The notes under the pieces are model-generated. The model was not told the origin of the DNA, did no database searches, and saw only the letters and a list, made by a program, of their open reading frames with translations. From a bacterium (GTDB taxonomy: Bacteria; UBP15; UBA6099; JAJRTR01): a stretch of DNA of 49,604 nucleotides. The stretch's first letter is position 1; each line of letters starts with the position of its first letter. Location of the stretch: contig JAJRTR010000202.1 in assembly GCA_024278215.1 (NCBI GenBank), forward strand, positions 1 to 49,604. The letters run 5' to 3'. Below, piece after piece: positions 1 through 7,109 of the stretch. The position numbers were made by a program, and so were the translations under genes.

Positions 1-193
1 AACCCGGCAAAGCCGGAACCAAACAGGCCGCATTTTCGTGCCCAAACAAATGCGGTTTGAGCACTGCACACAGAGTTTCATCGTTCCAAAGGTCTACCTT
101 GGAAACGCCTGTAACTGGAAGCTCCAGCTTTCACCGATCTCTTTTCAGCATTTCTTTTTGCCATTCTGCGTAGCATTTCAATCGTAAAATACT
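1..193 (-). repeat. Copy A of a dispersed ~190-bp structured leader-like element (runs off the left edge)
   Basis: nt 1-60 are identical to 19429-19488, and a ~49-nt block from 109 is identical in both copies. Hairpins at 38-64 and 82-107 recur at 1236-1264 and 1112-1137. Confidence 0.9.
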
Positions 194-222
194 ACTGAAC
201 TTGTGCGAATTCGGATGAGAAC

Positions 223-253
223 TCCGGGGACATGACCGGATCGTGTCCCCGGG
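223..253. repeat. GC-rich hairpin (CCGGGGACA...TGTCCCCGG), REP-like palindrome or terminator of the 110-aa gene
   Basis: Perfect 9-bp arms at 224-232 and 244-252, extendable by 3 bp, about 40 nt downstream of the stop at 293. No clear U-tract. Confidence 0.5.
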
Positions 254-292
254 AAATTCTGCGCAAGTTTCAAAAACGCACTGTTTCTGCTC

Positions 293-625
293 TTACAAAA
301 AATTCACCTGGCAATACAGTTCGGTGCTGTCGATAAGCTGCTCGATGCCGCGCTGCGCGGCTTCGTCCTCGACCGGCTCCACTTCTGAAACGGGCGTCCC
401 CTCCGGCGTGGACTTGTTTTTCCACTTCAACACATAGCCGGGCACATTCGCGAACCTGCAACCCGCTCCGCCTCCGCAGCACGACTTGTCAACCACCGCG
501 TACCCGAACACCACCAGCAGTTCCCTGCCGCCGTAGTCCAGCCTGCGTTCTTCCTGCACGACGTAATGACCGGAAACGCTTTCGGTCTCCGTGCCGGGTT
601 CACTGTGAATATAATCGACGGGCAT
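293..625 (-). CDS. Hypothetical 110-aa protein with an SCCGGGAGC cysteine cluster
   Basis: ATG start with a GGGG RBS-like sequence upstream, protein-like composition, best ORF in the interval. Confidence 0.75.
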   Translation of the reverse strand: MPVDYIHSEPGTETESVSGHYVVQEERRLDYGGRELLVVFGYAVVDKSCCGGGAGCRFANVPGYVLKWKNKSTPEGTPVSEVEPVEDEAAQRGIEQLIDSTELYCQVNFL

Positions 626-903
626 TGACTGTATCGCCCCCGCGTTATCGAAACGCTCTTTATTGATTTATACGTAATGCACCTGAAAAAAATTCGAGAA
701 TACCGGATTGCTTATATTATAAATTCCCGATTGGCAACCGAATCGAGGAGTTTGTGTATTATATCACAAGAGAGGGTGTGTACGGCAAGAGCGGGGATAA
801 AACAGTAGCGCGACAGCGAGCCGATTGCAAATTCTGATTCTGTTGAGGTCGACCGCAATTGCCCGGAGCCGCATTGGCGGCACGAGGGAGCAGGCAGGAA
901 AAA

Positions 904-943
904 TGAGGCAAAAATGCGACAAAAGTGCGGCATTTATGCCACA
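904..943. promoter_or_regulatory. Tandem imperfect palindromes, candidate upstream activator sequence for a sigma54 enhancer-binding protein
   Basis: TGAGGCA-AAAA-TGCGACA (904-921) and TGCGGCA-TTTA-TGCCACA (926-943), 22-bp period, about 115-155 bp upstream of the -24 box. Confidence 0.55.
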
Positions 944-1057
944 CCTGCACCTGTTTTCGGCCTGTTCGTCCCGGGCAGCCTGTTTTGCGAATTCAAAAAA
1001 CAGCTTTCTGTAAGGGGGAAATCGATATTTCGCGTAAATGTATAAAATCGCGAATTA

Positions 1058-1073
1058 TGGCACAAATATTGCT
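1058..1073 (+). promoter_or_regulatory. sigma54 (RpoN) -24/-12 promoter
   Basis: TGGCAC-AAATA-TTGCT matches TGGCAC-N5-TTGCW exactly and points toward the dockerin/FN3 gene. Confidence 0.8.
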
Positions 1074-1111
1074 GTGTATGGATGGTAAACGCCGACGCTT
1101 TCGGTTTTATG

Positions 1112-1264
1112 CGTTCCCAAGGTGGACTCTGGGAACGAGAACAAGATTCAGTGAAGAGCCCAAAAAGCATTTCAGTAACATTGCATGTGGATGGTGAAGA
1201 GCGAAAAGAATCTGGATTTTTCAAGATTCGTGTGCCGTGCTCAAACCGTTTTTGTTTGGGCACG
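1112..1264 (+). repeat. Copy C (divergent, partial) of the structured leader element, in the 5' leader of the dockerin/FN3 gene
   Basis: CGTTCCCAAGGTGGACTCTGGGAACG (1112-1137) and CGTGCTCAAACCGTTTTTGTTTGGGCACG (1236-1264) match the reverse complements of 82-107 and 38-64. Confidence 0.75.
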
Positions 1265-1295
1265 AATAATTAAATCTGAAAACATGAGGGGACCG

Positions 1296-4200
1296 ATGAC
1301 AATGTCACAGAAACAATGTCACAGATTACTTTCATACTTTATGGTTGTGGCTGCGTTTTTCATTTTTTGCGCCGCGACGGCAGCAGCCGATGATGTGGAA
1401 TTCAACTTCTTTGTCCCACGCGCTCCTTACCCACCTGAAATAACATCGGTGAATAATTCGCAAGCGATACAGGGGTGGGAAAGTTTCACTGTTTACGCGA
1501 CTATCGAAACCCGGACACAATACGAACCATGCTGTGACGGTGTGTGCGAACATGCCTGTGCGCCGAACTGTGACTTTTCCGAGTGCGAAACGAATGATTT
1601 CTATGGCGAACCCGACCCGCGCATTGTTCCGAACCCGCCCTGCATACCCAATATAAACGACACTTCGGGCGGCGCAAACGCGGATGTTTGCGGCAACAAA
1701 CCCGGCAACCCGAAGCTGTTCTACTACTACAACGGAGACACTTCAAGAGGCGGAAGCGTCGATATGGTCTACGATCAGAATACAGGCCAATTCAAGGCGG
1801 AAGTGCCGATGTTGGGTTCTGCTCATGACACTGAAATAATATACTACATCATTGCGGCGGACAGCACGGGAAATGTGGTTTCTCAAGTACCCGATACGAA
1901 AACAGTTGCTATGGCAACAATCTCCAGTTGGTACCCGGATTACTCGACACCTGCACTGGACAACTGCACGGTCGCCAACAGCTACGAAAGATGCGGCCGG
2001 TATATAAGCGGAACACCGACATGCTTTTCTTCGGACTACACAGTGAATGACCCTGAAGACGACACATGCGATGTCGACGGCAACCCGACAGACGGTCTCG
2101 AGATTGACGACATACTCGGATTCTCGGTCAGTGCGGGAAAGGGCTTTTTCGATATGCCCTCCGATGACGTAGTTGCCGTACAGGTTCAACTCGGCGCGAA
2201 CCCACCTGATCCCGGCACAAACAGCGGATCGATCGAGGCATATATTATCTCATTTTACAATCCGGATATACCCGACGCGAATCCTTATGACGTGCATATG
2301 CAAAATTCTTTTATTGTCACTTACCTGCCCGAAGCAGCCGGTTGCGACCCCAATCTTATAAAAGTGCTCTGGGACGGCGAATGTGTCACCAATCCCAACA
2401 CCCCCGATTTTTTAGGATGCAAACTTATTGTCGGCAGCCTGAGCGAGACAACCCTTCGGACCGGCGCATCAGGCGGCAAGTTGAATGTCGTGGCGAAAAA
2501 CGCTCTGCCTAACGGAGATACGATTATAGGCGGCGCGTCGAAAGAAGTGTATGTTAATGTGCAGACCGGCGCTATAGACCTCGCCGGCAGTATACCCTTC
2601 TGGCTTGTGGACAGCAGCAATGCGATGAATTTGATGAGAGAAAACCAGACAATTCAAGGAGATATTTGTATATGTTATGACTTCCCGCCTATAGTTATGT
2701 CGCCTGCCGAATGCAGACATCCGGACGGCTCTTCTTTCCCGGACGGCATCTGCGCGCAGAGCGACTCGGAGCCGGAGTACAACGAATGCTATCTCACAAT
2801 CCATTCGGCTCCCGACGTGGGATTCGTCGACAAATACAACATATATCACACCACCATCGACGACCCCTACACCGCGACGCTGGTACACACGATAGATACG
2901 AACATCACTGGCACCAACTATTACACATACAGAGTGGGCGACGAAGACGACGAATCGCTGGACGGCAAAACCCATTACTTCTATCTTACCAGTGTATTCA
3001 AAAACGGCCCCTATGAAACAAGAATGTCGAATGCGGGGAGAACCTACTGCACCGTGGAAGACTGGGTGCCGTCTGCCGCGCCGACGGATATGTCGTGCGC
3101 CACGCCGTCCGGAAGCGAGGGCATCTGCGAATGCACATGGAAGATGAACACACTCGACGATCCGTCAGTTAACGGTTTTTTCATCAGCCGCGACCAGGTC
3201 AACATCAACGCCAGGCCACTTAGAGCAGTATCCAACCAGTCGAGCTACCAGTACAGCTACACGGACAAATCCGACTATCTCGAGACCGGCGGCGGCCCCT
3301 ACACCTACAGGGTGAAATCTCTCGATGCCGGCAGCAACCAGTCCGCGCCGGCACCCGACGGCGGCGACTCGGCCTATTGCACACCTGAAGATTTAAAAAA
3401 ACCCGCAAAAATCGACAGCATGAGTATTACCTATAAATCCGACATTTATGGCGTCGATCTTTCCTGGGAACCAGGTGCGGACGACGACATCGCCGGCTAC
3501 AATGTCTACAAGTGTGAGGTAACTACAAGCGAGTTGGTCGACTGCCAGACAAAAGACGATTACCTGACCGGCGGCTATAACGAAAAAATCAACACGAGCC
3601 TTATCGCTCCCAACGAGCCGTTACAGATTTCCACAGAGAACTTCCCGCAGTCGGATGCAACATTCTGCTTCTGGGTGGAAGCCTGCGACAACTGCGACAC
3701 AGCGGGGACATGCCCGAGCAACGGCGGCGAACCCAATTGCAGCAGCCACGATACATCCAAAGTCCACAGAAAATGTCTCGCACTGACGTTATCCGATACG
3801 TCGTCTCCGCCCGACCTGCCCGTGTCGGTAAGCGCGTCGCCACTTCCGGAAGGCGGCACGTGCAAAGTCTCTTTCAGCCGTGTGACAACCGACGACGAAG
3901 GCGAATTCGAAAATGCGAGCTACCCTATACCGACAGAACTAATGGGTTACTATCTAATGCGCACGGAAGCCATCGGCGACGACTGCACAACAACGCCACT
4001 GGGTAATCCCGGAGACCTCGGCGGTTCTGTAATAGCAAAAACCATTTCTGCCGCACAGCAACTCGAAGACACGCTCGACGCTACCGACGACAACGGCGGA
4101 ACCGGCCTCACAAACGGGACTATGTACTGCTACACCGTTTACTCCTTTGACGCCGCCGGAAGATTCAAGACCGACACATTGACATCCAGCCGGATAGGAG

Positions 4201-5693
4201 CATGCACACCCTCGGACACAGAGCCGCCGGGCAAGCCGGAGATGGAACCGATAACCTGCGACGACTACACCTTCACACTGGGCTGGATCGGCCAGACGGA
4301 CAAAGACACGCTTACATACAACTTATACAGATGCGGCGACACGCTCGACAACTGCACCGCGACAGACTCCTACTCTCTGCTGCCGGAAGGCGCGGGCATC
4401 ATCGACACTACACTTCAAGACTACAATGTCACAACCGGCGACAACTACACATACTGCGTAACAGCAATCGATGCGGCCGGAAACGAAAGCGCCGTATATG
4501 AAAGTTCCAGCTACGCAAACTGCAAATACAGCACTCCTTCGGACAGACCCGTGGCGCCTGACGCGACAACCGCCTGGCAGGTTTCCGTATCACCTAACTA
4601 CGGTGCGAAGGCCTGCTGGACGGATTCCATCGACTACGATGCCGGCGGGCAGGGCTACAACATCTATGCCTGCAAAACGGATTGCAACGGCAAGGACGCT
4701 TCCTCCTGCTGTGAACTCAAGGTCGAGACAGGCTACACCGGCAGCCATGCCTGTACAGACGGCAGCGAATGGATGAAAAACAGTATTCCAGTGATCGAAA
4801 CAACCGACTACTACATCGGTGTCACTTATGTCGACGACAACGGAATAGAATCGTTAGCGTCTCTAACGAGCAATACCGTTGATATTGCAACGCTGGACAA
4901 ATGTTTTATCAATCCCCTTGCCTGCAAGACCACTGTTTCACTTACAAATCCAGTAACAAAGATGCTTGTCGAACCCTGCACGGGAGCCGACATCGGCGAC
5001 GCGACCGCCTGCAAAGTCACCGGCGAAGCGGCGACCGGCGGCTCATGCAGGTCCAACGGCATAATGAGAAAATGCGACGTTCCCATTAGCGGCATAAAAG
5101 TGGAAATCGTGCCCGTAACCTCCAGCGGACCGGGCTCGACCGGCAGTGACTACGGCGCTCCCATCAAAACAGGAGTCACAAACGCCGGCGGCACAGTCGA
5201 ATTCCAAGTCAAAGACTCGTATATCCAGACCGGCACGGAGTATGTTATAAGATTGCGCATCGACAACTATGATCCCGCCATTGAAAATATGTGCGACAAC
5301 GACGCTGAAAGTGACGGTTTCTGCGGCATGGCCCTTACGGACCCGATGGAAATCGACACCTCCGCCGGTACTGTAACAATGGCGGGAACGCCGCCCACAC
5401 TGCCCCCGGACTCCAGCGACGGCGGCTTCACTGGCGACATCGGCAACTTCAATGGCGACGGCAAAGTTGATGCACTCGATCTTGCAAAGATGAAACCCAC
5501 ATGGGGAAAGGTCAACGGTGCCCCATGCTACCGAACATGGGCCGATGTCAACTTGGACGGAAACATCAACGCACTTGATCTCGCAATCATGAAAAAATAC
5601 TGGGGGAAAGTAGTGGATAAATCCAAAATAAACAGGAACGCGCCCGGCGCGATGGTAGCCGAAGACGGCTGGCCGCCACCCGAGTGCAAGTGA
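1296..5693 (+). CDS. Large secreted Cys-rich protein with multiple fibronectin type III-like repeats and a C-terminal type I dockerin domain
   Basis: Signal peptide (LLSYFMVVAAFFIFCAATAAA-DD). FN3 motifs (LSWEP..DDIAGYNVY, YTYRVKSLDAGSNQS, YTYCVTAIDAAGNES). Duplicated dockerin Ca-binding loops GNFNGDGKVDALDL / ADVNLDGNINALDL. GAGGGG RBS at 1286-1291 favours ATG 1296 or 1302 over 1185. Confidence 0.9.
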   Translation: MTMSQKQCHRLLSYFMVVAAFFIFCAATAAADDVEFNFFVPRAPYPPEITSVNNSQAIQGWESFTVYATIETRTQYEPCCDGVCEHACAPNCDFSECETNDFYGEPDPRIVPNPPCIPNINDTSGGANADVCGNKPGNPKLFYYYNGDTSRGGSVDMVYDQNTGQFKAEVPMLGSAHDTEIIYYIIAADSTGNVVSQVPDTKTVAMATISSWYPDYSTPALDNCTVANSYERCGRYISGTPTCFSSDYTVNDPEDDTCDVDGNPTDGLEIDDILGFSVSAGKGFFDMPSDDVVAVQVQLGANPPDPGTNSGSIEAYIISFYNPDIPDANPYDVHMQNSFIVTYLPEAAGCDPNLIKVLWDGECVTNPNTPDFLGCKLIVGSLSETTLRTGASGGKLNVVAKNALPNGDTIIGGASKEVYVNVQTGAIDLAGSIPFWLVDSSNAMNLMRENQTIQGDICICYDFPPIVMSPAECRHPDGSSFPDGICAQSDSEPEYNECYLTIHSAPDVGFVDKYNIYHTTIDDPYTATLVHTIDTNITGTNYYTYRVGDEDDESLDGKTHYFYLTSVFKNGPYETRMSNAGRTYCTVEDWVPSAAPTDMSCATPSGSEGICECTWKMNTLDDPSVNGFFISRDQVNINARPLRAVSNQSSYQYSYTDKSDYLETGGGPYTYRVKSLDAGSNQSAPAPDGGDSAYCTPEDLKKPAKIDSMSITYKSDIYGVDLSWEPGADDDIAGYNVYKCEVTTSELVDCQTKDDYLTGGYNEKINTSLIAPNEPLQISTENFPQSDATFCFWVEACDNCDTAGTCPSNGGEPNCSSHDTSKVHRKCLALTLSDTSSPPDLPVSVSASPLPEGGTCKVSFSRVTTDDEGEFENASYPIPTELMGYYLMRTEAIGDDCTTTPLGNPGDLGGSVIAKTISAAQQLEDTLDATDDNGGTGLTNGTMYCYTVYSFDAAGRFKTDTLTSSRIGACTPSDTEPPGKPEMEPITCDDYTFTLGWIGQTDKDTLTYNLYRCGDTLDNCTATDSYSLLPEGAGIIDTTLQDYNVTTGDNYTYCVTAIDAAGNESAVYESSSYANCKYSTPSDRPVAPDATTAWQVSVSPNYGAKACWTDSIDYDAGGQGYNIYACKTDCNGKDASSCCELKVETGYTGSHACTDGSEWMKNSIPVIETTDYYIGVTYVDDNGIESLASLTSNTVDIATLDKCFINPLACKTTVSLTNPVTKMLVEPCTGADIGDATACKVTGEAATGGSCRSNGIMRKCDVPISGIKVEIVPVTSSGPGSTGSDYGAPIKTGVTNAGGTVEFQVKDSYIQTGTEYVIRLRIDNYDPAIENMCDNDAESDGFCGMALTDPMEIDTSAGTVTMAGTPPTLPPDSSDGGFTGDIGNFNGDGKVDALDLAKMKPTWGKVNGAPCYRTWADVNLDGNINALDLAIMKKYWGKVVDKSKINRNAPGAMVAEDGWPPPECK

Positions 5694-5744
5694 GGATATA
5701 CACCTTGTCCGGGACTTGCGCCCGGAAGAGGTTGCGCAGCACGG

Positions 5745-5880
5745 AAAAGTGTAGGGCGTGATCGCCGCACCCCGCCTCAACCTGTGTCCGCACAAACAGT
5801 TTTCGCGCAATATGTGCTCGAGCGTGATACAGAGGTCCCGCCCGCCCTGCATACATCGACACAAAGTTGACACGACACTA
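5745..5880. repeat. REP/MITE-like intergenic repeat, copy 1
   Basis: AAAAGTGTAGGGCGTG...ACCCCGCCTCAACCTGTG...GTTTTCGCG aligns with 17203-17265. The 18-mer ACACAAAGTTGACACGAC (5859-5876) is identical to 16108-16125. Confidence 0.7.
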
Positions 5881-5958
5881 CCCCGGATGCCTAACAAAGA
5901 AATCCGGATGCCGCCGATTTCATCTTCCCACAATTGCCCCACCCTGAAAATAATTGTA

Positions 5959-5967
5959 TGATATAAT
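5959..5967 (+). promoter_or_regulatory. Extended -10 promoter (TGnTATAAT)
   Basis: TGATATAAT about 35 nt upstream of ATG 6002. Confidence 0.55.
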
Positions 5968-6001
5968 TTGGAATCATCACTAAAAACGGGAGCGTCGAAA
6001 A

Positions 6002-7045
6002 ATGAAAAAATATGGTTTTGTAATAGTTGCGTTGTTTGTATTCGCGGCAGTAACGATAAGTCGGGCCACCGGGTCGGCAGCCCGCTACAAAAATAACGAG
6101 CGGCTGGGGAATGTGCTCAGCGATAAGTTCACGCTTTACTATCTGGAAGACGAACTCGGGGCGACGATTCAGACTTATCTCGACCAGAACGAGCCGCCGA
6201 TGCTTTATAACCTGGCCATCTCGCCTGCCGAACCGGCCCCCGGCGACGAGATCACGATCACTGCCGAAATACGAAACAACCCGGTAAACACGGATTCGGA
6301 AACAATGACGGTCACCCTCAATTATTCATACGATGAAGGAGAAACATGGCTCGATATGGATATGGAAGATCAAGCAGGTGAAGGAAAATCATGGTCGGCT
6401 ACAGTCCCGCCTATGCAAAACGCCGGTACGTTTCGCTATTTCTTTCTGGCCGAAGACGACGCGGGAAACTACTATGTGGAAGTCCCCGAGACAGACATAG
6501 AGTGGGCTGCTGATAAGGATGAAGGATATGTCGTTTCCATCGACGACGAAAATAAAATCTACAGGATAGTCCCCGACGATCTGGACATGCTGTCTCTTTC
6601 TCTGGGATACGACGGCGAGCTTCTGTACTTTAAGACTGTTGTCGAAGGCGACATAGCGGCAGGCACCATCACTCCGTTCAATGTCAATGTTTACTCGGTC
6701 GGCTTTTTCTTCCCGGACAGCCCGGGCGGCATGGGGCCAAAACCCGATTACGTTCTGATCCATTCCCAGCACGCGCAATTTATCGGCTTCCCGATCATCG
6801 GACTCCTTGATGTCGATAAAAACCTGAGTGAGATTTACGCGGCGGACGCGAGGTATTATTCACGGCGCAATACGCTGTATATGCGAATAAAACAATCTGT
6901 TTTCGACAAGCACGATTATGATGTCATAAGAATCGTTTTCGGCACGGCCATCGGGACGAGCGCCATGCCGATCGAACTGGAAACCAAAGACATATCGCGC
7001 TTCATGAATTTCGTGCCGGGCGGCCATTCTCTTGAGATCAGATGA
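6002..7045 (+). CDS. Secreted protein, paralogous to the N-terminal ~400 aa of the upstream dockerin/FN3 protein
   Basis: Signal peptide and GGGAG RBS. RYFFLAEDDAGNYYVEVPE aligns with IYYIIAADSTGNVVSQVPD, and YSVGFFFPD with YIISFYNPD. Confidence 0.85.
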   Translation: MKKYGFVIVALFVFAAVTISRATGSAARYKNNERLGNVLSDKFTLYYLEDELGATIQTYLDQNEPPMLYNLAISPAEPAPGDEITITAEIRNNPVNTDSETMTVTLNYSYDEGETWLDMDMEDQAGEGKSWSATVPPMQNAGTFRYFFLAEDDAGNYYVEVPETDIEWAADKDEGYVVSIDDENKIYRIVPDDLDMLSLSLGYDGELLYFKTVVEGDIAAGTITPFNVNVYSVGFFFPDSPGGMGPKPDYVLIHSQHAQFIGFPIIGLLDVDKNLSEIYAADARYYSRRNTLYMRIKQSVFDKHDYDVIRIVFGTAIGTSAMPIELETKDISRFMNFVPGGHSLEIR

Positions 7046-7109
7046 CCTGCGCCGCTTGCAAAAGTCTGTGAAAAGAATCTCCACTACAGATGCTTTTTAA
7101 CCGGATTGG

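Noticed and set aside
1-193. Leader element as a c-di-GMP-II or c-di-GMP-I riboswitch (contains GGAACGATGAA and TTGGGCAC)
   Set aside because: The downstream GTGCAACC-type pseudoknot partner of class II and the GCAAACC..GAAA..GACGCAAAG core of class I are not visible. A cmscan is needed.
1185-1295. ORF-track start of the 1502-aa protein
   Set aside because: No RBS, it overlaps the leader hairpins, and the signal peptide and GAGGGG RBS fit 1296 or 1302.
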